Part shown: one piece after another, positions 27,117 through 36,422 of the stretch | Numbering within the stretch: the first letter of the stretch is position 1 | Layout of the letters: every line of letters starts with the position of its first letter | Origin: Alphaproteobacteria bacterium | Lineage (GTDB): Bacteria; Pseudomonadota; Alphaproteobacteria; Micavibrionales; SZUA-601 | Length of the DNA stretch: 64,000 bases | Assembly (NCBI GenBank): GCA_965216395.1 | Contig: OZ244156.1 | Location: 1,454,674-1,518,673, forward strand | Reading direction: 5' to 3' | Notes under the pieces: generated by a model | Seen by the model: the letters and a program-made list of their open reading frames with translations, nothing else | Databases searched by the model: none | Told to the model about the DNA's origin: nothing | Program-made: the position numbers and the translations under genes

Positions 27117-28319
27117 CTATTCAAATTCTGTGATCTGTTTGGGTAGAAGTAACCAATATTCGCCTTTGCTTTTCATATGGCCGGCTAAAACTTCGGCATC
27201 TTGTCCACTGCCCCAAAACAGATCCCCACGAATAGGGCCGCGGATCGCCCCGCCCGTATCTTGGGCAATCATCAAAGTTTGGATTTGATGCTTTTTGTGT
27301 AAGGGGTGTTCAACATTCACCCACATCGGTGTACTCATGGGAATAAATTTACGATCCACCGCGAGGGAGCGATGCGGCGTCAAAGGCACGCCTTCGGAAC
27401 CCATCGGCTGATGGGATTGCATTTCTTTGAAAAAGATAAAAGAGGGATTCATATTGCGCAAATCTTGTGCTTTTTCTGGATTGGATTTCATCCATTCTTT
27501 GATAGATTGGAGCGAAACCACATCTTTTGCCAATTCCCCGCGTGCAATTAATTCACGACCGATCGCATGATAAGGATGGCCATTTTGACCGTCATATCCC
27601 ACACGCATCACACGACCGTCCGATAATTTTACTTGTCCTGATCCTTGGATATGTAAGAAAAACGCATCAGCTGGATCGCTGACCCAAACCAATTCTAAAC
27701 CTTTTCCTTTTAAATAACCATCATCAATATCCGCCCGCGTAGCATAAGGTTTAAGTCGGTTATCACGCACCGCACCCGCAATTCGACGACCGCGTAAATC
27801 TTCGCGAAAATCACTTAACTCAACCATAACTAAATCATCCGGACGTTTATAGAGCGGTGTTTGATATACTTCATTGGGTGTTTTTGAACCGTAAAGCGTG
27901 GCTTCATAATAGCCAGTGAAAAGGCCTTTGCTGTCTAAGCCCGATTTTGCATGATAAGGTGTAAACCATTTTTCAAAAAATTGTCGCGCGATTACAGGAT
28001 CATTTTTATGTGACGATTGCGCCAATTCAACCGCTTTTTGACACGGTTTTTGCCAATCCCCATATACACCGCCAATGCCGTTATGGCTGAAAACTTGTTC
28101 GGGGTCTTTTTTTAATATCCGATCACAGGATTTAACAAAAGCTTGTAACCCTGCGTGATGATTATCATCCAACCAGCCAGGCATATTTTCAAATTTCGCG
28201 GGATTAAGTTTTAAAACCTCTTCGCCCTCTTTTGTTGTCCCTGTAATGGTGGCACATCCACCAAAAAGAAAAGATAAAAAGATAAAAAATAAGGTCGTTT
28301 TTTTAAATTGGCTACGCAT
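27117..28319 (-). CDS. mltA: Membrane-bound lytic murein transglycosylase A
   Basis: Lipobox GGC, FTGYYE, FFLHIQGSG, NPSFIFF, AQDTGGAIRGPIRGDLFWG. Confidence 0.95.
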   Translation of the reverse strand: MRSQFKKTTLFFIFLSFLFGGCATITGTTKEGEEVLKLNPAKFENMPGWLDDNHHAGLQAFVKSCDRILKKDPEQVFSHNGIGGVYGDWQKPCQKAVELAQSSHKNDPVIARQFFEKWFTPYHAKSGLDSKGLFTGYYEATLYGSKTPNEVYQTPLYKRPDDLVMVELSDFREDLRGRRIAGAVRDNRLKPYATRADIDDGYLKGKGLELVWVSDPADAFFLHIQGSGQVKLSDGRVMRVGYDGQNGHPYHAIGRELIARGELAKDVVSLQSIKEWMKSNPEKAQDLRNMNPSFIFFKEMQSHQPMGSEGVPLTPHRSLAVDRKFIPMSTPMWVNVEHPLHKKHQIQTLMIAQDTGGAIRGPIRGDLFWGSGQDAEVLAGHMKSKGEYWLLLPKQITEFE

Positions 28320-29007
28320 GATCAACTTCTTTCACATCTGATAATAACCATTTTTTACTTTGGTTTTTGATCTCTTTGACAAAGACCCATTGATTTTCAG
28401 TTTCTTCGACCTGTCCTTTACGGTCATCGACATATTCACCATTTTTATCACGATGAGCAATTTTTTCTTTGCCTTTAAAATTAACCGTTAAAAGGGCTTG
28501 TTTGGATGTTAATTCAACATCACTTATCAAAACCGTTTCTAAACGGATTAATTCATGATGATATACTTCAGCCTTTTTCTCTCGTTGATCAATCATTTGT
28601 GCATAGGTTTGGTAAAGTTCTTTTTCAAGCAAATTTTCAAGAGTGGTTTTATCACCACGCGCAAAGGCTTCTAAAATCATTTCAAAAGCGCGTTCAGCGC
28701 CTTGGATAAAGTGATATGGATTAAACTTATTATTTATTTCGTGAAGCGCTAATAATTGATTATGCACCGTTGCATTTTTAACAAGGGTAAAATCGGGTAA
28801 AATACTCGGCCATTCTTCTTCGCCTGTTTGCGGATCAATCAACGCCCCTGACCTTCTGCGTGACGGTGTTTTTTCCGATTTCTTTGTCGATAAAGGTGTG
28901 GATGACTGATCATTTTCATTCACCTGACCTAAACTATTGCGCAATTTAAAAAACAGAAAAATGGCAATCACAGCAAAAATAATAATATCAAGGTAAACTT
29001 GGTTCAT
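28312..29007 (-). CDS. Tim44/TimA family adaptor protein
   Basis: N-terminal IIFAVIAIFLFFKLRNSLG, FIQGAERAFEMI, WVFVK...WLL; conserved location next to mltA and secB. Confidence 0.9.
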   Translation of the reverse strand: MNQVYLDIIIFAVIAIFLFFKLRNSLGQVNENDQSSTPLSTKKSEKTPSRRRSGALIDPQTGEEEWPSILPDFTLVKNATVHNQLLALHEINNKFNPYHFIQGAERAFEMILEAFARGDKTTLENLLEKELYQTYAQMIDQREKKAEVYHHELIRLETVLISDVELTSKQALLTVNFKGKEKIAHRDKNGEYVDDRKGQVEETENQWVFVKEIKNQSKKWLLSDVKEVDHA

Positions 29008-29184
29008 AATGGATCTCTATTCATAGTCAATAATAACGCCTTCACTATAGCTTATCATGTCAACAAATCTAGGGGGAAAAGGAATTACCGCGCTTGATTA
29101 AATTAATTTATACCTTGAAAATAATCATAAAATCGTTAGAGTAAAGCCAATTATAACACTATATAAACAAAGAGATTTAACTTC

Positions 29185-29661
29185 ATGGCTGACAATACTG
29201 CACAAGAAAAAAATTCTGGCGAATTCCCGATTACGGTTAACGCCCAATATATCAAAGATTTATCCTTTGAAAATCCAAATGCGCCGAATAGTTTGGTTAA
29301 TAACGGGAAAGCGCCCGATGTCGATGTTAATATCAATGTTGAGGGGAAAAAGCTTTCTGACACTTCTTACGAAGTGACTTTGAAAATCAATGCTTCCGCC
29401 AAATCAGAGGAACAAACCGCTTTTGTTGTTGAACTTTCCTATGCCTGCATCATGACCCTAAACGGTGTTCCCGAAGATCAAACACAGCCTGTACTTATGA
29501 TTGAAGGGCCGCGCTTACTCTTCCCCTTTGCGCGTCAAATTGTGGCGGATGCAACACGCGATGGTGGTTTCCCGCCCTTACTAATTAATCCGATTGATTT
29601 TGTTGCTATGTATCAACAAAATGCTGGTGCAGCCGCTAATCAAGAAGTGGGCAATGCCTAA
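29185..29661 (+). CDS. secB: Protein-export chaperone SecB
   Basis: QYIKDLSFENP, LLFPFARQIVA, GGFPPLLINPIDF. Confidence 0.97.
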   Translation: MADNTAQEKNSGEFPITVNAQYIKDLSFENPNAPNSLVNNGKAPDVDVNINVEGKKLSDTSYEVTLKINASAKSEEQTAFVVELSYACIMTLNGVPEDQTQPVLMIEGPRLLFPFARQIVADATRDGGFPPLLINPIDFVAMYQQNAGAAANQEVGNA

Positions 29662-29693
29662 TCCATTTTATTAATGAATGATCAAAAAAACTT

Positions 29694-29720
29694 AAAGCGG
29701 GGAAATTCCCCGCTTTTTTT
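29694..29720 (+). terminator. Intrinsic terminator after secB
   Basis: AAAGCGGGG-AAATT-CCCCGCTTTTTTT. Confidence 0.88.
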
Positions 29721-29741
29721 ATAAAATCAACGCTTGTAGAC

Positions 29742-30119
29742 TTATAAACGATTTCGCGATTTTGGAGCTTGAAAACCAAAAATATTGATGATTTTTCGCA
29801 TGCTATTATGTATATCACAACAATTAGTACCAAATTGGTGTTTCGGTTTATCTGTATTACATCCCATAATTTCTTTTTGTTCTTGTAAAAGACTTAATCT
29901 TTCTGGCGCTTCCATTTCTATAGAATTCTGATTTATTTGTGTATGAGGAACCGCGTTCTGCTCTGTTTCTTCACATCTCATCAATACTAATAAAGCAACC
30001 GTCATAGCAATAGGTGTCGCATAAGACATAAATTTATGAAATTTTGACCATGAGCTTAGTAAATAAGCTTTGTTTTCTTCAGGTGTAGCCACAGAATAAG
30101 ACAATGTTTTTTTAGTCAT
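29742..30119 (-). CDS. Hypothetical single-TM protein
   Basis: AT-rich ORF from ATG 30119; ATTTGACATA (30183-30174)-N15-TATCTT promoter upstream. Confidence 0.6.
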   Translation of the reverse strand: MTKKTLSYSVATPEENKAYLLSSWSKFHKFMSYATPIAMTVALLVLMRCEETEQNAVPHTQINQNSIEMEAPERLSLLQEQKEIMGCNTDKPKHQFGTNCCDIHNSMRKIINIFGFQAPKSRNRL

Positions 30120-30261
30120 AACGAATCTCTTTCTTACAAAATCAGTTTGAAAAAGATAACAAAACATTAAACTTATGTCAAATTAAATTTATATATAGAT
30201 AAATGAATTTACACGCTTATCTTTGATAAACGTGTAATAATATCAATAACATCCGTTAAAT

Positions 30262-30945
30262 TTAATGTTTTTTTGAAACCTGCCAAAGCGGTTCATTTAT
30301 TTCAGATAACATCAATTGAAATTTTTTCATTTCATCCTGTGGCAGATCAAAAACCCGCGGCGGATAGTTTTTTAAGGTTGTCATCTGATTGTTTTCTTGA
30401 TGATAGGCTTTTGCATCCAAAGAAAGGCCTTGTTGACGCCCGCCTGAAAGTTCCAGATAAACTTCGGCCAATAATTCCGCATCCAGCAACGCGCCATGAA
30501 GCACACGTTCCGATGCATCCACATTATAGCGACGGCACAGCGCATCCAATGTATTATTTGCCCCTGGGAATTTTTTACGCGCAATGGCCAATGTATCAAT
30601 GGCGCGACTTTTATGGATCGGTTTTACCCCCACACGTTTTAATTCCGCATTGATAAAACGCATATCAAAATCGGCATTATGCGCCACCAAATCGGCATCG
30701 TCGACAAATTCTAAAAAATCTGTAAATATTTGGGAGAAAACCGGTTCATCGGCCAAACGTTCATTGGAAATACCATGCACGGCAAACGCGCCTTCGGAAA
30801 CGGGGCGATCTTCGGGGTTAATATATTGGTGATAGGTTTTGCCCGTTGGAATATAATTGATCACTTCCAAGGCGCCAATTTCAATCACACGGTCTTCATT
30901 AAAATCAAGACCAGTACTTTCGGTATCGAAAACAATTTGCCGCAT
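30262..30945 (-). CDS. dnaQ: DNA polymerase III epsilon subunit
   Basis: FDTESTG (Exo I), AHNADFD (Exo II), HGALLDAELL (Exo III). Confidence 0.97.
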   Translation of the reverse strand: MRQIVFDTESTGLDFNEDRVIEIGALEVINYIPTGKTYHQYINPEDRPVSEGAFAVHGISNERLADEPVFSQIFTDFLEFVDDADLVAHNADFDMRFINAELKRVGVKPIHKSRAIDTLAIARKKFPGANNTLDALCRRYNVDASERVLHGALLDAELLAEVYLELSGGRQQGLSLDAKAYHQENNQMTTLKNYPPRVFDLPQDEMKKFQLMLSEINEPLWQVSKKH

Positions 30946-30966
30946 TAATCAAGATGTTTTGTAGAT

Positions 30967-31593
30967 TTATTCGTCATCTTCACTGCCAGGGGCGGGATCT
31001 TCATTGACCGGCATTCCCTCAACGATTAAAGCTTCATCGGTTAAGGACACCATCCCATCTTTTTCAACATGAATATTCGCTTTAAAGAGAGAATCTTTAA
31101 AAATCATATAGGATGAATAGCTCATTTTCCCCGATTCATCGTCGGTTTCAAAATGATCGACCGTTGTGATCATCTCATCAATGGCCTTTTTTGCGTCGGC
31201 TGGTGGTTCTTCCGCCCAATCAATTTCATCCGCATTTTCAACAATCATAAAACGTCCATGACGTCCGCGCACATGATCAAAGAAAAATTTCGCATAAAGC
31301 GGGGCAATTTCTTCATTCAAATAAATCGGGGCTTTTTCATTGACGGTATAGATGGGTTGATTGGTCCAATTAAGTTCGAAAACATCGCCCTCTTTATAAA
31401 TGATAAGTTTTTCAATATCCGATTCTGTATCCGTTACTTTCAGCAAATCATATTCCGCATAAAAGGGTAGATCATGTTTTTCAATTGTGGTCACATTCGG
31501 ATCCATTGTCACATCATCCAAATGTTGATTAATATCCGCCAACATGCGTAATATGTTTTCTGAATCTACAGGGTGCCAATCGATATGATACAT
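30967..31593 (-). CDS. Acidic hypothetical protein
   Basis: 208-aa ORF with core-like codon composition and an AAGGA SD; no family recognised. Confidence 0.75.
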   Translation of the reverse strand: MYHIDWHPVDSENILRMLADINQHLDDVTMDPNVTTIEKHDLPFYAEYDLLKVTDTESDIEKLIIYKEGDVFELNWTNQPIYTVNEKAPIYLNEEIAPLYAKFFFDHVRGRHGRFMIVENADEIDWAEEPPADAKKAIDEMITTVDHFETDDESGKMSYSSYMIFKDSLFKANIHVEKDGMVSLTDEALIVEGMPVNEDPAPGSEDDE

Positions 31594-31599
31594 TTTTTA

Positions 31600-31956
31600 T
31601 CCTTATTATTATTTTAAATTTATCTGGTTGAGCCATTAACTCTAACATAAAAAAACATAAAAATGATAATTTTTTTTTAACATGGATAATCTGTGGATAA
31701 GTTGAGATTTTTTTCAAGTTTGATTTTATCTGTGTATTATTTTCTATGAAAGAGATATATTATCCACCCTTTCAAAACCTGTTTATATAAGCGCAAAACA
31801 TATGAATCATTTTGATTCAAATAGAGTTTTTTTCTCACAAATCATATTGTTTAAAACTTATCCACATAATTCACAGTACAACTACTACAAAAACCTTTTA
31901 TATAATATATATTATTATATATGGGGTTTTATTTTTTTGTGTGCTAACAATAAAAA
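31600..31956. other. Probable chromosomal replication origin (oriC)
   Basis: DnaA boxes TGTGGATAA (31692-31700), TTATCCACA (31858-31866), TTATCCACC (31760-31768) and near matches (31682-31690, 31830-31838, 31867-31875). Paired GANTC sites at 31803-31807 and 31814-31818. AT-only tract near 31890-31922. Position upstream of hemE, as in other alphaproteobacteria. Confidence 0.85.
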
Positions 31957-32976
31957 ATGTCTTGTTTTTTAAAAGTTCTTTCCGGAAAAGTAAGTAAGAG
32001 AAAACCCGTATGGCTCATGCGCCAAGCAGGGCGTTACTTACCTGAATATCGGGCTATTCGTAAAGATGTCCCTGATTTTCTTTCTTTGGTTTATAATCCG
32101 GATTTAGCCAGTGAGGTCACGTTACAACCCATGCGTCGCTTTGATTTGGATGCGGCGATTCTGTTTTCTGATATCTTGGTCATTCCCGATGCATTGGGAC
32201 AATATGTTCGTTTTGTAAAAGGCGAAGGCCCACGATTAAGTCCCATAAACTATCCGCAAGAGGTGATGCAATTGACCTTTGATGGTGAAAAACTCCTCCC
32301 GATCATGGAAACGATTCAAAAAACCCGTGCCGCTTTAAAAGAAGATAAGGCGCTGATTGGTTTTGCAGGTAGTCCGTGGACCGTGGCCTGTTACATGGTG
32401 GATGGGCGTGGGAAAACCAATTTCCCAAAAGCGCGCGCGATGGCGCAAGACAATCCAGAACTATTTCAAAAGATTATGGATAAAGTGGTGGATGCCACCG
32501 TGCGTTATTTATTCATGCAAGTCGAAGCCGGCGTGAATGCATTACAATTATTTGACAGCTGGGCGGGTTTGCTGGATACATCACAATTTGATCAATGGGT
32601 TATTCAGCCGACCCAAAAAATTGTTCATAAGATTCGTGAACAATATCCACAAATTCCAATCATTGGGTTTGCTCGTGACTCACAAAATTATTTGTTAACA
32701 TATGCAGAAAAAACAGGCGTGAATGCGTTGGGTCTCTCCCAAGAATTACCGCTGGATTGGATTCAAAACACCTTGCCAAAACATATTCCTATTCAAGGCA
32801 ATTTAGACCCCAATCTTTTAATTCAAGGGGGGGAGGGTATGAAAAAAGCGGTGCGTGATATTTGTCATGCTTTTCAAGATCGACCGCATATTTTCAATCT
32901 TGGTCATGGGATTAATAAAGAAACCCCGTATGATCATGTCACGGAATTGATTGCAACCATTCGTGAATGTCAATAG
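31957..32976 (+). CDS. hemE: Uroporphyrinogen decarboxylase
   Basis: PVWLMRQAGRYLPEY, AILFSDIL, LIGFAGSPWT, QGNLDP, FNLGHGI. Confidence 0.97.
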   Translation: MSCFLKVLSGKVSKRKPVWLMRQAGRYLPEYRAIRKDVPDFLSLVYNPDLASEVTLQPMRRFDLDAAILFSDILVIPDALGQYVRFVKGEGPRLSPINYPQEVMQLTFDGEKLLPIMETIQKTRAALKEDKALIGFAGSPWTVACYMVDGRGKTNFPKARAMAQDNPELFQKIMDKVVDATVRYLFMQVEAGVNALQLFDSWAGLLDTSQFDQWVIQPTQKIVHKIREQYPQIPIIGFARDSQNYLLTYAEKTGVNALGLSQELPLDWIQNTLPKHIPIQGNLDPNLLIQGGEGMKKAVRDICHAFQDRPHIFNLGHGINKETPYDHVTELIATIRECQ

Positions 32977-33023
32977 AATAACTCCCGAATCTTGAAAACC
33001 CAAATTTTTAAAGAAAGCGTATT

Positions 33024-34187
33024 ATGGCTGCGAAAAAAAAAGTGACCCCAAAAACGACGGTCACATCTAAAAAAATTGCTGTGGTTCTATTTAACCTTGG
33101 TGGACCGACGGGTCCGAAAACGATTAAACCATTTTTATTTAATTTCTTTAGTGATCCCAATATCATTCCTTTGCCAAAACCATTGCGTTGGTGTTTGGCG
33201 AAATTGATTTCCCATTTACGTTCTCGTGGTGAGGCCGGCGAAGCGTATGGTGAAATGGGCGGGGGGTCGCCGTTATTAGAAAATACCATCGCCCAACAAC
33301 GCGCCTTGGAAGAGGCTCTGGTTAAAATAACCCCAGATAAGACAGAAATTCGCACCTATACATGTATGCGTTATTGGCATCCCATGGCACCGAGTATCGC
33401 GCCACAGGTGCAGGCTTTTAACCCAGATCAAATTATGTTGGTGTCGCTTTATCCCCAATTTTCAACGACAACTTTTTGGTCATCTTTGGCGCAATGGTTT
33501 ACGGTGACAAAAAAAATTGGCCTTGATAAGCCCACGACAACTTTTTGTTGTTATCCCCAATTGGATGGTTTTATCAAAGCATCGGTTGAACATATTCGCG
33601 CCCAATATCAAGCCTGTAAAAAAGCCACGGGTAAAGCGCCCCGAATTTTATTCTCCGCCCATAGTTTACCGGAAAAAATTGTCAAAAATGGTGATCCTTA
33701 TGCGTGGCAGTGTGAGCAAACCATCAAAGCGATTGTCAAAAAAATGCCCTATAAAAAGCTGGACTATGTGGTGTGTTATCAATCGAAAGTGGGCCCGCAA
33801 AAATGGCTCGGTCCCCAGACAGAGGATGAGATTGAACGCGCCGGTCACGAAGGCGTGCCTGTGATTGTTTATCCGCATGCTTTTGTTTCTGAACATGTTG
33901 AAACCATCGTTGAATTAGGGGTGGAATATGCAGAAGTTGCCCATGAAGCCGGTGTGCCGTGGTATGGTGTGGTGAAAACGGTGGGGACCCATCCCGCCTT
34001 TATCAATGATTTGGCGAAATTGATTAAAAAACGCCTCGGTTCAAATAAAAAGATTGTCAATGGCACCGCTTCGGGCAAGCGTAATTGCCCCATGCCTTAT
34101 GATAAATGTTGTCAACGCCGTTATGATGAATTATTGAAAAATCCGCCATGTTGTGGTGGAAAATGCGGTTGCAAGGATGTGGGATAA
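33024..34187 (+). CDS. hemH: Ferrochelatase with a Cys-rich C-terminal extension
   Basis: LFNLGGP, MRYWHP, LYPQFSTTT, FSAHSLP, YQSKVGP, FVSEHVETIVEL. Confidence 0.96.
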   Translation: MAAKKKVTPKTTVTSKKIAVVLFNLGGPTGPKTIKPFLFNFFSDPNIIPLPKPLRWCLAKLISHLRSRGEAGEAYGEMGGGSPLLENTIAQQRALEEALVKITPDKTEIRTYTCMRYWHPMAPSIAPQVQAFNPDQIMLVSLYPQFSTTTFWSSLAQWFTVTKKIGLDKPTTTFCCYPQLDGFIKASVEHIRAQYQACKKATGKAPRILFSAHSLPEKIVKNGDPYAWQCEQTIKAIVKKMPYKKLDYVVCYQSKVGPQKWLGPQTEDEIERAGHEGVPVIVYPHAFVSEHVETIVELGVEYAEVAHEAGVPWYGVVKTVGTHPAFINDLAKLIKKRLGSNKKIVNGTASGKRNCPMPYDKCCQRRYDELLKNPPCCGGKCGCKDVG

Positions 34188-34192
34188 TAAAA

Positions 34193-34223
34193 TATTGACA
34201 TAATTTAATATTCGTCTTATTTA
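34193..34223 (+). promoter_or_regulatory. Extended promoter element TATTGACATA (34193-34202)
   Basis: Exact 10-mer just after the hemH stop; weak -10 (TATTTA) at 17 bp; GNAT ATG at 34231. Confidence 0.5.
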
Positions 34224-34230
34224 TAAAGTT

Positions 34231-34671
34231 ATGAATATCGAATTTAAACCTATTCCTGATCAAGAAATTGCAGAAGCTTTGCAATTGCTAGAAGTTTTTT
34301 CACAAAATGGTGAAAATATAACCATGGATCAAAGAATAGAAGCTTATCAAAAAGCAAAAAAATATAACAGCTATCAACTTTATGGTGGTTATGAAGAAAA
34401 TAAGTTACAAGCGGTTGTTGGGATTCGTCCCGTTCATAATCCAAGTGATTGTCGCTTAATTTTTGAGGCCAATAATCTTGTCGTTGTCGAAGATCAACAA
34501 AAACAAGGCATTGGTAGTTTTATGTTTGAAAAAATCGGCGAACATGTTAAAGACCAGGGCGGTTTCGCATTTAAATTTTTTGTTGCGAATTCTAATTTAG
34601 AACTCGTTGATTTTTATGAAAAACGTGGTGCTGGGCAAGCGGCGTGTCAAATGATGTATCTTAAGGTTTAA
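34231..34671 (+). CDS. GNAT family N-acetyltransferase
   Basis: LVVVEDQQKQGIGSFM motif A, FYEKRG. Confidence 0.85.
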   Translation: MNIEFKPIPDQEIAEALQLLEVFSQNGENITMDQRIEAYQKAKKYNSYQLYGGYEENKLQAVVGIRPVHNPSDCRLIFEANNLVVVEDQQKQGIGSFMFEKIGEHVKDQGGFAFKFFVANSNLELVDFYEKRGAGQAACQMMYLKV

Positions 34672-34677
34672 ACCAAA

Positions 34678-35124
34678 ATGCAAAATTTTCTTCTTGAATA
34701 TTATTTGGTGATTAAATCACTCCATATCATTGCCTTTACGGCGTGGATGGCCGGGCTTTTTTATTTGCCGCGTCTCTTTGTCTATCATACCCAAGTCGCG
34801 CCTTTATCCGAAGCATCAGAAAAATTCAAAATTATGGAACACAAGTTGCTGAAAATTATTATGAATCCGGCGATGATCATCACTTGGATTTTGGGATTGA
34901 TGATGCTTTACGTTATGCCGGAATATTTTTCCCAAGGTTGGATGCATGTTAAGTTTTTATGTGTGATTCTTTTAAGTGGTTTTCAAGGTTTTTTATCCGT
35001 TACGCGCAAAAAATTTGCCCTTGATAAAAATCAACGCTCTGAGCGTTTTTACCGCATTATAAATGAGATTCCGACCATTTTTCTGATCCTGATTGTCTTT
35101 ATGGTTATCTTAAAACCATTTTAA
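34678..35124 (+). CDS. hemJ: Protoporphyrinogen IX oxidase HemJ
   Basis: KSLHIIAFTAWMAGLFYLPRLFVYH, NPAMI, RIINEIPT, VILKPF. Confidence 0.96.
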   Translation: MQNFLLEYYLVIKSLHIIAFTAWMAGLFYLPRLFVYHTQVAPLSEASEKFKIMEHKLLKIIMNPAMIITWILGLMMLYVMPEYFSQGWMHVKFLCVILLSGFQGFLSVTRKKFALDKNQRSERFYRIINEIPTIFLILIVFMVILKPF

Positions 35125-35178
35125 ATTCAACTGTTTAATACTTGCGTGTGCGTGATTCTTGCTGTATATAATATCATT

Positions 35179-36369
35179 ATGGGAAGAGTAAGACGGAAGA
35201 AAAAACATATTGCCTATGCGCTTGATCCGCGTGAGACCCGTTGCCCTGAACAAGCTTATAACCTGATTTATAATGAAGAAACGGGCATCTTTCGTCTGGA
35301 ATATTATGTGATTAATACCAAGGAGAGCATCGAAAATTCTGAAGTTTTTAAGGCGTTATCTGAAAAATATCAATCACATTCATGTGATCTTATTAACGTC
35401 GTAAAAGACATAAGAATAGGAAATAGAAATAGTTTAGAAGAAGAAATTATTAAGGGCATTAATACATATCAGCAAAACTATCGTTTCAATAAAAACAAAG
35501 GTTTAAAAGAAAAAAATTCGAAGACTTTAAAACTCATCGCGGATTTTGATAAGCAAGGTCAGCTTTTATTTGCCGATTGCGCCCTTTCATCCAAGGTTCA
35601 TATTTTTAGAGTGGATCACGAAAGTGTCACAGAAAAGTTTTTCAATGTGGTTTTTCCAGTTCATAAAAACACGGATATTTTAAATCTAAATGTTCAATTT
35701 TGTGATATTTTTAATAAAGATAATAAAGAGGTTAAAAGTCTTTCCCAAGTGATCACCTATGCGGCCTCATTAGCAACGGCGGAAATCGCCTTTGAACATG
35801 ATATTCCCTTTATGTATCGTCAGTATAACCCAGAAACCGAAAGTGAATCAGGGAGCATCCATGACGTGACCACCAATCCAGAACTGGTTGAAACGCCTAA
35901 TCTTCAAGCGCATATGGATACACCAATGCGTAAATTTCGCGCCGCGATAAATCATGTCCAATTGGTACGTTATGCGTCGCATGAAGAATTACTCTCTTTG
36001 GATTTTGTCCAATGTGCTGCGGATCACTCCAATGAACGGCAGCATCGTATTTTGAATAGATTCAAGACATTTAATACAGTTTATGAATTTTCGGGTGTCA
36101 AAACACGACAAGAAGAAAATCTACAAGATATGAATATGTTGGGTGTTTTAGAACTTTATAAAGCCAAAACAGAGGGTAATTCGACCATAGAACAAAACTT
36201 TGTCAAAAATATGGATTTAAAATTTCAAGAAAATCCCATTTATCATACCGCAATAGCACAAGATTATTTCTTGAATAATCAATTAGAAATCACGCAACAA
36301 CTGAAAAAATCCGCGCCAAATTTAGTAAACGCGCTGAAAAATTCAGGCATCAAACTACAAATGGCATAA
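35179..36369 (+). CDS. Degenerate RNB (RNase II/R catalytic) domain-like protein
   Basis: ALDPRETRCPEQA (cf. TIDPxxAxDxDDA), FRLEYYVIN, IPFMYRQY, AHMDTPMRKFRAAINHVQL (cf. YTHFTSPIRRYxDLxxHRxL). Confidence 0.6.
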   Translation: MGRVRRKKKHIAYALDPRETRCPEQAYNLIYNEETGIFRLEYYVINTKESIENSEVFKALSEKYQSHSCDLINVVKDIRIGNRNSLEEEIIKGINTYQQNYRFNKNKGLKEKNSKTLKLIADFDKQGQLLFADCALSSKVHIFRVDHESVTEKFFNVVFPVHKNTDILNLNVQFCDIFNKDNKEVKSLSQVITYAASLATAEIAFEHDIPFMYRQYNPETESESGSIHDVTTNPELVETPNLQAHMDTPMRKFRAAINHVQLVRYASHEELLSLDFVQCAADHSNERQHRILNRFKTFNTVYEFSGVKTRQEENLQDMNMLGVLELYKAKTEGNSTIEQNFVKNMDLKFQENPIYHTAIAQDYFLNNQLEITQQLKKSAPNLVNALKNSGIKLQMA

Positions 36370-36422
36370 AAAATTCAGATTCTTTTTGAAATATCTTTCA
36401 GAATCCTTTATTATACATAATT

